NCBI GenBank assembly: GCA_964016885.1 | Contig: OZ024746.1 | Location: 45,446,001-45,510,000 of the forward strand | Source of the DNA: Eledone cirrhosa | Taxonomy: Eukaryota | DNA length: 64,000 nt | Reading direction: 5' to 3' | In this document: one piece after another, positions 38,881 through 51,929 of the stretch | Layout: the number at the start of each line of letters is the position of its first letter | Position numbering within the stretch: position 1 is the first letter of the stretch | Translations under genes and position numbers: made by a program | The notes under the pieces: model-generated | The model's database searches: none | What the model was told of the DNA's origin: nothing | Seen by the model: the letters and a program-made list of their open reading frames with translations, nothing else

Positions 38881-39834
38881 CTTATATATATATATATATA
38901 ATTATTTTTAATTATAGAAAATCTGTATTCTATGTCCATATAAATCATCTTCTTGAAGAAGGCAAATTGCCATTTATTGTTAGGTTAAGTTACAAACACT
39001 GTTGTTAAAATTCATGAATTATATATTTGTTTAATGTTGTTTTTTATCACATGATTATAATCTTGAATGATTACTATCTTATTTCATTTTATCAACATGA
39101 TGTAGAAATGGTATAATTTTTATTTAAAAATATATTACATTGTTCATATATATCCACACATACATTTATATATATATATATATCATCATCATGATCACTG
39201 TTCAACATCCATTTTTCCATGCTATCATGGGTTAGATGAGTTGTCCTTTTGTAAGCAATACCAGGTCAGGTGACCATGTCTTGCTCATACATAACTGATT
39301 CTGGCTTGGCTTTTACAGTTGGATGATCTTCCTAACACCTATCTCATTTGCAGTGAGTATTGGGTGCTTTACAGTGTGGAATATGTAATAAATAAATAGA
39401 GATAGATGGAAAGGGATTGAGAGATGGGTAAATGGACATCTGAAAAGGTGGTTTGCTTCTGGGTCTTTGCAGTTTACCTGGATTTGTAACTGGTTTAAGT
39501 TCATTGCGGTCAATGTTAAAAAGGTGTTACTGGAAGTCAAGACAGACTTTCATTGTTTTAAACATACAAATGGCAAAGCAGATGTTAAATGATGTATGTA
39601 TGTATTGTCCAAGAGAAAGGCAATGTCTGATACAGCTTGGCACCAGTGACGTTGCAATGCATTTCTACAGCTGAGTAAACTAGAACAACATGAAATAAAG
39701 TGTCTTGATCAAGGACACAATGCACCACTCGGTCTAAGAATCAAACTCACAACCTCATAATTTCAAGTCCAACGTTCTAACCATTAACCCATACATCTTC
39801 ACAATATAAATGAATATATATATATGTAAATTTG

Positions 39835-40070
39835 AATATGTGTTGGTTAGTTACCGATACTTCAGTATGCAAGGTAGAGCACTCAACGAAGTGCGCAGAT
39901 GGGTCTGTTTACTCAGGAGGAATTTAAAAACAAGAAGTGTAAGTCAACATGTTAAAATTAACTTCATTTATTCATATTAGCTATTATATATATTTAAGTG
40001 AAAACCATTATTCAACAGCTATGCCTTCATCAGACAGCTAGAACTTGAACAGAAAAAACAGAAAAACATA
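39835..40070 (-). mobile_element. PLE-like fragment with degenerate hammerhead (39978-40040) and tail motif
   Basis: TAGCTGT-CTGATGA..(T)AAAT-ATAT-ATA-ATAGCTA, then AATAAA, then the GCACTTCGTTGAGTGCTC stem-loop. G12 is lost. Confidence 0.55.
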
Positions 40071-40999
40071 ATGATGGAACAAAGTTTACCTCTGTTATTT
40101 CGATCTTTGATATGCCCAGTCCCAAAGTATGGTGTTGTTTTCTCAAAGAACTTGTGGCATAAGCATAACCACCACTACCATCACCCACACCAAAAGCAGA
40201 ACCACCACTGTTTGGATCTAGTTGTTGAAACAGCAGCAGCTCAGCTGTTGGGATCCCAAATGTTTCATATTACCCACTCTACTACCCCAAGTATCAAGTA
40301 CTCTGGTGGGTTATGGTCTAACTGGTTTTTACTGCATCCATTCTGATATATATATATATAACAAACACACACACACATATATATATATACATATTATGAG
40401 TGATGAGATGAAGCAGAAGATAGACAGAAGAAAACTTCTGTGAAAGAAAGTTGTGAGACAGACAGAGAAAAAGAAAGAAACTTATGTCCAATATCAATAA
40501 AGAGGAATAGGTTGTGTTGTTCAATCTATGATATTTTAATACCATCAGTATTTTCTTATACTTCTGTATCTTTTAGATATCTTTTTTCCTTTGCTCTCTC
40601 CCTCTTTCTCTTTCTTTCTGTGCTATGTTTCCCTCTGGATCTCTCATTTTCATCTTTTCTCTCTCTCACTCTCATACCTTTCACATCTCTTCCATTTTTT
40701 TTCTGCTCAATTAGCTTATGTTAGTTGGAAATAATATGGTAGTGGATGTTTCTGTTGTTGCAGAGAGAGAATAAGAGAGAGGTAGAGAAAGAGAGAGATG
40801 ATGATGTTTTGTGCAAGATGGCTGTAATAGATGTAATAAAGGTGGAGATGGTGATAGTGGCTGTGTGAGGGTGAGAACGCTGCTGGTGGTGGTTGTAATG
40901 AGAGTGATGGTGACAGTGTTAAGGATGAAGATGGAAGTGGTTATGTTGATGATGGGGATGGTAGTGGCTGTGGCAAGGGTAATGTTTGTGATGGATGTA

Positions 41000-42545
41000 G
41001 TGAAGGTGGTGATGGTAGTGGTGGTTGTGTTTATGGTCTGGTGATGGTTGTGTTGATGGTAGTGGTGGTTGTGTTTATGGTGTGGTGGTTGTGTTTATGG
41101 TGTGGTGATGGTAGTGGTGGTTGTGTTTATGGTGTGGTGATGGTAGTGGTGGTTGTGTTTATGGTGTGGTGATGGTTGTGGTGATGGTTGTGGTGGTTGT
41201 GTTTATGGTGTGGTGGTTGTGTTTATGGTGTGTTGATGGTAGTGGTGGTTGTATTTATGGTCTGGTGATGGTAGTGGTGGTTGTGTTTATGGTGTGGTGA
41301 TGGTTGTGGTGATGGTAGTGGTGGTTGTGTTTATGGTGTGGTGGTTATGTTTATGGTGTGTTGATGGTAGTGGTGGTTGTGTTTATGGTGTGTTGATGGT
41401 AGTGGTGGTTGTGTTTATGGTGTGGTGATGGTTGTGGTGATGGTAGTGGTGGTTGTGTTTATGGTGTGATGGTTGTGTTTATGGTGTGGTGATGGTAGTG
41501 GTGGTTGTGTTTATGGTGTGATGGTTGTGTTTATGGTGTGGTGATGGTTGTGGTGATGGTAGTGGTGGTTGTGTTTATGGTGTGGTGGTTGTGGTGATGG
41601 TAGTGGGGGTTGTTGTTATGGTGTGGTGATGGTAGTGGTGGTTGTGTTTATGGTGTGATGGTTGTGTTTATGGTGTGGTGATGGTAGTGGTGGTTGTGTT
41701 TATGGTGATGGTAGTGGTGGTTGTGTTTATGGTGTGGTGATGGTGGTTGTGGTTGTGTTTATGGTGTGGTGATGGTAGTGGTGGTTGTGGTGATGGTGGT
41801 GATGGTAGTGGTGGTTGTGTTTATGATCTGGGTGATGGTAGTGGTGGTTGTATTTATGGTGTGGTGATGGTAGTGGTGGTTGTGTTTATGGTGTGATGGT
41901 TGTGTTTATGGTGTGGTGATGGTAGTGGTGGTTGTGTTTATGGTGTTAAGGTTGTGTTTATGGTGCGGTGATGGTAGTGGTGGTTGTGTTTATGGTGTGA
42001 TGGTTGTGTTTATGGTGTGGTGATGGTAGTGGTGGTTGTGTTTATGGTGATGGTAGTGGTGGTTGTGTTTATGGTGTTAAGGTTGTGTTTATGGTGCGGT
42101 GATGGTAGTGGTGGTTGTGTTTATGGTGTGATGGTTGTGTTTATGGTGTGGTGATGGTAGTGGTGGTTGTGTTTATGGTGATGGTAGTGGTGGTTGTGTT
42201 TATGGTGTGGTGATGGTGGTTGTGGTTGTGTTTATGGTGTGGTGATGGTAGTGGTGGTTGTGGTGATGGTGGTGATGGTAGTGGTGGTTGTGTTTATGAT
42301 CTGGGTGATGGTAGTGGTGGTTGTATTTATGGTGTGGTGATGGTAGTGGTGGTTGTGTTTATGGTGTGATGGTTGTGTTTATGGTGTGGTGATGGTAGTG
42401 GTGGTTGTGTTTATGGTGTTAAGGTTGTGTTTATGGTGCGGTGATGGTAGTGGTGGTTGTGTTTATGGTGTGAAGGTTGTGTTTATGGTGTGGTGATGGT
42501 AGTGGTGGTTGTGTTTATGATGTGGTGATGGTGGTGGTGGTTGTG
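41000..42545. repeat. Degenerate GT-rich minisatellite (GGTTGTGTTTATGGTGTGGTGATGGTAGTGGT-like modules)
   Basis: Directly visible; higher-order duplications marked by rare variants (GATCTGGG, GTTAAGG, GTGCGG). Confidence 0.95.
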
Positions 42546-43017
42546 ATAAATCTGATGGTGCTGGTTATGATGAGGATGAGAGTGGTGATGGTTGTAGTCA
42601 AGAGAACTATGATGACAATGAGAAAAAAGAGGAAGAGAAGAATTATAATGTAGATAAGGATGAAATTAGTAGTGTTTGTGTAGTTATAGAGATGCTGGAC
42701 TGATGGTATAGGTAGCTGGTGTTGTTATTTAGCCCTAGGTCAGTTCTGGCCAAGCAAACCTCCAGTGAAAAGCATACTAGCCATGACTATCCCATTCTTT
42801 CTTATGTGCAGGGGACCCAATATCATATTATTTAACATATCCTTGTCTAAGGGAGTAAGGTGTGATTTAAGAGAAAACTAGCTGCTATTTCTAACATGGT
42901 GAACATCCACTTAGAGTCTCCTTCACTAGTACATAATGGTTAATGCTGGATGTGGATGTGATGTAATGTGTAGTTTTAAAGGTAGTAGTAATAGTGGTAG
43001 TGATGGTGATTGGTGGT

Positions 43018-44935
43018 TGTGGTAGTGATGGTAAGTGTAGGATGGCTGTAACAGTGGCATAGGGGTGGTGGTAGTGATGGTAAGTGTAGGATGGCTGTAA
43101 CAGTGGCATAGGGGTGGTGGTAGTGATGGTAAGTGTAGGATGGCTGTAACAGTGGCATAGGGGTGGTGGTAGTGATGGTAAGTGTAGGATGGCTGTAACA
43201 GTGGCATAGGGGTGGTGGTAGTGATGGTAAGTGTAGGATGGCTGTAACAGTGGCATAGGGGTGGTGGTAGTGATGGTAAGTGTATGATGGCTGTATCAGT
43301 GGCATAGGGGTGGTGGTAGTGATGGTAAGTGTAGGATGGCTGTAACAGTGGCATAGGGGTGGTGGTAGTGATGGTAAGTGTAGGATGGCTGTAACAGTGG
43401 CATAGGGGTGGTGGTAGTGATGGTAAGTGTATGATGGCTGTATCAGTGGCATAGGGGTGGTGGTAGTGATGGTAAGTGTAGGATGGCTGTAACAGTGGCA
43501 TAGGGGTGGTGGTAGTGATGGTAAGTGTAGGATGGCTGTAACAGTGGCATAGGGGTGGTGGTAGTGATGGTAAGTGTAGGATGGCTGTATCAGTGGCATA
43601 GGGGTGGTGGTAGTGATGGTAAGTGTAGGATGGCTGTAACAGTGGCATAGGGGTGGTGGTAGTGATGGTAAGTGTAGGATGGCTGTAACAGTGGCATAGG
43701 GGTGGTGGTAGTGATGGTAAGTGTAGGATGGCTGTATCAGTGGCATAGGGGTGGTGGTAGTGATGGTAAGTGTAGGATGGCTGTATCAGTGGCATAGGGG
43801 TGGTGGTAGTGATGGTAAGTGTAGGATGGCTGTAACAGTGGCATAGGGGTGGTGGTAGTGATGGTAAGTGTAGGATGGCTGTAACAGTGGCATAGGGGTG
43901 GTGGTAGTGATGGTAAGTGTAGGATGGCTGTATCAGTGGCATAGGGGTGGTGGTAGTGATGGTAAGTGTAGGATGGCTGTAACAGTGGCATAGGGGTGGT
44001 GGTAGTGATGGTAAGTGTAGGATGGCTGTAACAGTGGCATAGGGGTGGTGGTAGTGATGGTAAGTGTAGGATGGCTGTAACAGTGGCATAGGGGTGGTGG
44101 TAGTGATGGTAAGTGTAGGATGGCTGTAACAGTGGCATAGGGGTGGTGGTAGTGATGGTAAGTGTAGGATGGCTGTAACAGTGGCATAGGGGTGGTGGTA
44201 GTGATGGTAAGTGTAGGATGGCTGTAACAGTGGCATAGGGGTGGTGGTAGTGATGGTAAGTGTAGGATGGCTGTAACAGTGGCATAGGGGTGGTGGTAGT
44301 GATGGTAAGTGTAGGATGGCTGTAACAGTGGCATAGGGGTGGTGGTAGTGATGGTAAGTGTAGGATGGCTGTATCAGTGGCATAGGGGTGGTGGTAGTGA
44401 TGGTAAGTGTAGGATGGCTGTAACAGTGGCATAGGGGTGGTGGTAGTGATGGTAAGTGTAGGATGGCTGTAACAGTGGCATAGGGGTGGTGGTAGTGATG
44501 GTAAGTGTAGGATGGCTGTAACAGTGGCATAGGGGTGGTGGTAGTGATGGTAAGTGTAGGATGGCTGTATCAGTGGCATAGGGGTGGTGGTAGTGATGGT
44601 AAGTGTATGATGGCTGTAACAGTGGCATAGGGGTGGTGGTAGTGATGGTAAGTGTATGATGGCTGTATCAGTGGCATAGGGGTGGTGGTAGTGATGGTAA
44701 GTGTAGGATGGCTGTATCAGTGGCATAGGGGTGGTGGTAGTGATGGTAAGTGTAGGATGGCTGTATCAGTGGCATAGGGGTGGTGGTAGTGATGGTAAGT
44801 GTAGGATGGCTGTAACAGTGGCATAGGGGTGGTGGTAGTGATGGTAAGTGTAGGATGGCTGTAACAGTGGCATAGGGGTGGTGGTAGTGATGGTAAGTGT
44901 AGGATGGCTGTAACAGTGGCATAGGGGTGGTGGTG
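43018..44935. repeat. 49-bp minisatellite, ~39 copies
   Basis: Unit GGTGGTAGTGATGGTAAGTGTAGGATGGCTGTAACAGTGGCATAGGGGT with two variant positions; explains the minus-strand ORFs 42891-44922. Confidence 0.98.
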
Positions 44936-45469
44936 TTTTCTGGTGGTTATGGTGACAGTAATGATTGCAGAAATAAATAAATAGATAATGAAGGTGGTGG
45001 TGGTGGTGGTGGTAGTGGCAGTGATGATGATGATGGTAGTGGTGGTGGTGGTGGTGATGATGTTAGTGGTGGTGGTAGTGATGATGATGATAATGGTGGT
45101 AGTGATGATGATGATGGTGGTGGTGGTGGTGTTTGTGTCGGTGGTGGTTGTATTTCCAGTGATGGTGATGGTTGTGTTTCCAGTGATGATGATGATGGTG
45201 GTGGTGGTGAATAAAAAAGGGGATTGGTGTTACATCAGAGATGGGTGGCGTTAAAAACGATTGAAATTTCATTTTTAGACATTGATAATTATCTGAAATT
45301 GTCTTCTGCTTCATTACCTTAAAGTTAGATGAGAGATAGATTGTCAGAAAGCAATCCCTGAATACACACTTTCATAAAATTTTCTTTGGATGAATCATAA
45401 ACTATTTCCAGTGCATTTTGGAAGGAGTAGGCTGAATAATGATAGTAATAACAACATAAATGTTAATAA

Positions 45470-45890
45470 TTGTTTCTAACATTGGTTCTAGGCTAACAAT
45501 TTGGAAGAAGGGTAAAGTCAATTATATCAACCCCAGTACTTGACTGGTACTTTATTTTATCAACCCCAGAGGGATAAAAGGCAAAATTAATCTCATCAGG
45601 ATTTGAATTCAGAATGTAGAAAGTTCTAACTAAATATGACAAAGTATTTTGTTTGGTGGTTTACCAATGCTGCTAGTTAATAACAATAATGGTTTCTGGC
45701 TTAGGCACAAGGCCAGTAACTTTTGGTAGAGGTGATTAGGGTAAGGTCAATAAAATTGACCCAAATACTCAACTGGTAATTTATTTTGTTGACCCCAACA
45801 AGATAAATGACTAATATTACCTAGGTGAGATTTGAACTCAGAACGTAATGTCTTAACTCTATGTCATAAAATATTTTGACTAATGCTCTA
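45470..45890 (-). mobile_element. Two older tandem SINE copies
   Basis: Degenerate core GACTGGTACTTTATTTTATCAACCCC and GATTTGAA(C/T)TCAGAA, each present twice. Confidence 0.7.
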
Positions 45891-45968
45891 AAGGGTTTCT
45901 GTTCTTAATACATAGAGCCATCCGGTGGGGAACATTACAAAGACAAAATGATTATGGTGCCAATTTTG

Positions 45969-47086
45969 CATTGAGTATGAAAAGATATATAAGTAACTTT
46001 TAAAAAATTGGAATAAAGAAATCATACATGGCAATATTTCTAAATGGAGAGCAGTCACTTATGACCAATCAGTCACCTCCTCATTGAGATCCTGTATTAA
46101 CTTCACTACCAAAAGCAAATGCCTTCTTCCAGTTGAGGTTGCCAACCTTCTGTTACATGATTAGAACAAGCTCATTCAAACAAAGCACACTTGCCACTTC
46201 TAGCCCCTTTTTCAGCATACTTATTTCAAGTTCTTGAAGTGATACTTGAAGACGTTTATAAAGGATGGGCTGGGATGATGGAGTCCTCTCAATCTTGTCC
46301 ATGACACTATCTCTTTTGACAGAAGAAACTGCTAGCTCATCTCTACCAAAGAATGCTGGTGTGGCAGTATTTATGATGGATGCAAGTGGCTGAGAGCATC
46401 ATGACATAATTCCACATACTTGCTATGTTCAGACATTGAACATGTGGAGAACAGTTTTAAAATAGCTTCCACACATCTCAATGTGGTCTCATTGAAAGTA
46501 TTGTGTGATTGTAGAGATTATCCTAAATTAGTAATGGCTCCTCCAGTAACATTACAAAGTAAAGAACTTTTAGTGTGTTGTTCATAATAATATCTTTTAA
46601 TATAAGTACAAGGTCACGAATTTGAGGAAATATTTAGTTGATTAGAGCAAAACTCGTACTTGATTAGTACTTTTCCTTTATCAACCTTGGAAGTGTGAAG
46701 AACAATGTTGTCTCTAGAGTGATTTGATTTCAAAATATAAAGAGCCATTATTAAATATTGGAAAGCCTTTTTTCTGTTTTCCAACAATTCTGTCAATCCA
46801 CTTCCTTGGAAATGTTCATAATAATGAACATTTTGAGAAAGAATATAGTCAATCAAATCAGTCTCATTACCTGACTGGTACTTATATTATAGATGCAAGA
46901 AAGGTGTAACACAACATCAACCTTGATAGGATATAACTTCATTGAGTATGAAAAGATATACAAGAAACTTTTAAAAAATTGGAATAAAGAAATCATACAT
47001 GGCAATATTTCTAAATGGAGAGCAGTCACTTATGACCAATCAGTCACCTCCTCATTGAGATCCTGTATTAACTTCACTACCAAAAG
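45969..47086. repeat. 147-bp direct repeat pair (45969-46115 / 46940-47086)
   Basis: Offset 971 bp; two mismatches seen. Confidence 0.9.
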
Positions 47087-47269
47087 TATAAGTCATTTTG
47101 TCTGTAGCTCATAGAACTTCAGTTGGTATATTTAACTTCTGCAAGAGATTTTCCCCAGTATTTTACTGATTCAGTCATTCACCACTCTATTAATAATAAT
47201 AAGCTATGTCCCCTGGGCAATTTGCCAACATTTTGACATGAAAATGTATATGAAGTAGTCCAAATATCT

Positions 47270-47645
47270 ACCAAACACATTACATGTCAATGATCTGACC
47301 ACAACCATCTGGGACATACCTGTCAAGGCTGACATTGATATCAAGACAAACCAAGCAGATATAATTATCAATAGCTGGAATGAATATGTCTATAAATAAA
47401 TATCTCAATCCTTTCTGATTAAAAATTTGCCTTGAAGGGTGTCAAGAAATTGTCACTATACTTGGATCTTCAAACTGAAATAAAAAAAAAAGTGAAAACA
47501 GTACCAATAAGGGAGCTCTGTATATGAATAAAATAAAAGAACATGAGCAAAAACCTATGAAGCATACCAGGGATCACAAACTACATACTGTTCAAAAGTT
47601 TGCTCAGCTAAGGACACCATACATCTTTTGAAAGGTACTTTTGCA
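47270..47645 (+). pseudogene. Highly decayed R4-like endonuclease/C-terminal fragment
   Basis: IWDIPVKADIDIKTNQADII and VQKFAQLRTPYI-like remnants. Confidence 0.45.
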
Positions 47646-50600
47646 CAACCCATACAGTAAAGTTTGATTGCAACACAATTTATACTCATTTATTCTCAAT
47701 AAACAAAATAATGTAATGCTTATTGAACACAATCACCACCCAATGAAGTGATATACCTGCTGGGTACACCAGCCAAGTCTCCTTCAAATCACACCTACCG
47801 ACTTAAAAAGGAACACATAGGATAATATAATTTTAGGTACACAGCATCTGAAAAATAAAACAAAAATCAAGAGGATCACATCTGGAATGTGTTTTGATTA
47901 TAGATATGCTTGATCAGAGCTTACTTGAGGCTAAATAATGACAATATAAAGAATGCAAAGTGGAGCAGGAGCCCCCAACATAGCTGTTTAATTTGTTAGA
48001 AATATTATGCAAGTCTCTTTCAAATTACACTTTACCATTTTGACATATTAAATAATGTAATTCTAGCACTTAATACAGTGATAGAATGGATAGTCATAAC
48101 TGGAATCCCTTTCATATATGTGTGCTCAGTCAGTGCTGACATGAGGTTTTAAAAAACAATGACATAAAGAAATATCAGATGTATCTCTACTTTAGTTATT
48201 CTTCTCACTATTGGAATGAATAACAGATTTCATTTGCACGTACATTTCTAGGAAAAGAAGTTGTGTAGTTCAGCTGTTCCCCAAAGCATCAACAATGTAA
48301 ATTAATTGATATAATTCCTACCAGGGGTTAAAACCAAATCACAGATTGAACTAATAATATTCTAAGTGGTAGGGGCAGAGTAAGCAAAATTAGATCTACT
48401 GCAAACCAACATCTATCATTGCATATTGTGAGACAAATTACTATTTTGATCAACCTAATATGCATGACCACCTTTGTTTGCTGCTATCAACATGATCGGT
48501 GCCATTAACATGGTCAACATCATTACCATTATCATTCTTATTAGCTGCTACTAAGTTAAGTAGAGCAGTCATAGCAGACTTCAATTAGCAGTTCCCATGG
48601 TGCGTCGCCATTTGCTATCGCTGATAACTGAAGTAACATTTCAGCCTCACCTGTGATGTGTTTATGAAGCTATTTTGGTAAATTTAGCACAATGGAAACA
48701 TCACATTGCAACAGAGATTTCACTGATTATCGATCTAGTGTCTGATCATTATCTGGACTGCAAAGTGGATGGGGAAATAATAACACACACTACCAAATCA
48801 CATGGCTTTCAGATATTTTAACCTGATGCTCACTACTGACCTTCTACGTAAATATCTGCCAAAGGTCAAACTTCCGTGATGCTGTCCTCAGAATCCTTCA
48901 TCATTTACCATTTTTCCTTGCAGCCAGTTTGTGTTGAAAGCATCTATTCATGGCAGATTATCAATGGCAAGCAATACAAAGGCAGGCTGGCTGGTACATA
49001 AATAAGATGAACATTAGAGAAACTTATCTGTATATTAATGAACATAGGGTTACCTGAGTGGGTAGAAAGACGAAAATGTACTTGAATTTTAAATATCACC
49101 CTGCAAAGTCATTGAGTTAGAAAAAAATAAAATAAAGAAAATTGTAATCCAAAAGCTAGCAAAGAAATTGTGTATGTTTAATAACAATAAGCATGACAAA
49201 TTTCTTTTTATAGCTTTTAAATGCTTAGCCCTGGGAAATGTATGAGCTGTCACCTCCAGTGAAAACCATTAATAGCAAAGAATTGTTCTCTTCTTAAATG
49301 TTGAAAAGTCAGAATATTCTACTCAAACATAAAAATTGTATATGAAAACTGTAAAACTTCAGATTTTCTGCAAACAATTGTTACTAATATTGAAATACAT
49401 TTTGAAAATTCATTGGCATTTTAACTTTCATTCACATGCCATCACTATATATATTAAAAAGAGTATATCAGCAGCTGCTATATCTCAGTTATGTCAAACA
49501 TGTTATTGTATCCTCTCATAAATCTGGATTACACTATTCATATTTAATTTTTCACATCTTTATGGCTTTTCAAAGATATTACTTAAAACACCTGAGCAAA
49601 TAAAAACAACTGAAGTTGGAAAAATAGTTAAAATCATAGATATAATCTTTATTTTGTTTTACCAGCCCTTTACATTCTAATTGGATTTATTCTATCTCAT
49701 ACATATTGCATTGTTAACTCTAGAGGGTTAAAGAATAAGGTATGACCCTAATGTTTTGTATGTTGACTACTGTAAAAGTGAGTACATTGTAAAGCACTAA
49801 GTGTTATTTTATACACCAGATTTCTCAAGAAATCAATTGATTTAGATTACATTGCCATAACGAGCCAGAGTGTTGTTAAGATTGAGATGTTAGACTATTG
49901 AGCCCACATTCATGAGTTCAAATCCTAATAAAGTGTTTGTATTGCTGCCTAATGCTCTGAATAGTTCTGGAGATTTACAATTAGATGTCTACAGATGCCC
50001 CTACATACAGTAATTGAACAATGGAATGTATGAAGATTACATACTTAAATTAAAATCATAGCCAAAATATGGGTTCACTAAACCAGCAGCCTATTTATTT
50101 ACATACATACTACATAGTAATAGATATCTGGGTCAATTTTGAAAAATCACAAGAATGTACTTGTTACATTCTTATAACTTTGTTATTCAGAGTTCATGCC
50201 CTTACTCACTGACACAGACTTATCAGAGTAAATTTTATATATTCATATGGCATTTTTATTCTTGCTCTTTCACAGCAGCCCAAATGCTTTGCATGAACCA
50301 CAATCATATCCTATATACTTATAATTAAGAAAAATTAATATAAGCTTCAAATTAAAATATGAACACAAGGGAATAATTCTATATAATTAATCCACCTATG
50401 TAAATGATTTTCCCTCAACAAAACATTTTGTAATGTCTTTAAAATGAGGACCACATTTCTTTTATTGAATCCTAGAATCGTGTTTCTACTGTGCAGACGA
50501 GAAGTTAGCTGGAAAATTCCATTTCAAACATTCGTTGCTGAGCTACTGGTCTTAATAATAACAAGAACATTCATTGATTAATATCTTTCGGTGTATCTAA

Positions 50601-51929
50601 ACACAGTCTATAAACATAAGGTTAACTAGAATTAAGTGCAACAATGCCTAGAGAAATTCTGATCAAAAGTGAAACAAAGAGATATCCAGTAGCCCCAAGC
50701 CCTTTCTCTGTGTGTGTGTGTGTGTGTGCTTGAATATGTATAACCCAAGACATCATAATTAAGGAACATACATGTTAACAACTCATCCATACCTCCTGCA
50801 GCCATGAATTACAAATACAATCCATCTTACTGACTTCCACACAATTTCTATCTACCTAATTTCACTTATGAGTGAAGCCTTGTGAGTGAAATTAGATAGG
50901 AAAAAAACTGGAATCCCATTGAATGAACTGGATTTGTAATTGAAAGTACCAAGCTTGTTACACACTGCCTAAATGTTACATTAAGAATACGGGTGTTTGT
51001 GGAATGCCCAACCACTTTCATTATAACTCAATGAGTAGATAGTTCAGTTCATTGAACAATTGCAACAATGATCATTAAGACCAGTCATTCACGAAATAAA
51101 AGGATGCCTCTAGATTAAAGCCCTGTCTTTCCTAATTAAGAAATGGAAAGCAGATTATTTTGAGAGGTTGGTTTATAAAAATGCATATAACTTATACATA
51201 CAATCTAAGAAACTCTGAAAATTAACGAGAACAGTTCACCAAAAATTATTTAATGATAGAGCCAAATTGCATAGTCGTAATCATTTTCCATTTTAGTTTG
51301 CTTTAAAGATTTTTCCTTATTCCATATAACTGCTCAGAATATAGAAAACTATTTTCATATATAATAAATTATCTCAAACAGATCAGAGGCAAAATAGAAC
51401 AATGTTATGCTGATAAGTCCAAACTAAGGCTGAGATGCCTTGCCTCTGAAATAAAGATGAGTTTGTTCTTTTTACTAAGAATGTGAATCAAACTTAAATT
51501 ATGCTTAATTGCTCGACATTATCTCACCTTTTCAGTCAAAGTTTCAAACAATTACTACTAGTTTCTTCAATTCTTCTTCCACAGAGAAAATGTTTGTTAA
51601 ACTGATGAATTCAAACCACTGGCATCTTCTCTTAACACATTTTGCTTTTTTTTTTATTGTGCAAATTATAATCAGCCAAGAATTTCCTGAACCCTTTGTA
51701 GATATGTTAAATTGTTTAAAATTGATTGGAGGTGAGATAGAAGAACACTATGCTGATTTGACTAAATCCAGGCTAAAACAGTACATCCCTCTTGACTTAT
51801 ATATATATATATAAAGATTTACATATACATAAAGTCACAGATATATATGTGGCAACCGGTCACAATGTGGCTCAATGAAGAATTAATAAATTAAATAATC
51901 AATGAGAAATTAATGTTATGCCATTTCCA

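Noticed and set aside
38950-38975. TTGAAGAAGGCAAATTGCC hammerhead-like half
   Set aside because: GAAA core and stems I/III are absent.
42891-44922. Long His/Thr/Pro-rich minus-strand ORFs
   Set aside because: Product of the 49-bp tandem repeat.
48910-48996. Possible small exon after TTTTTCCTTGCAG
   Set aside because: Weak donor and no recognisable protein similarity; cannot be supported.
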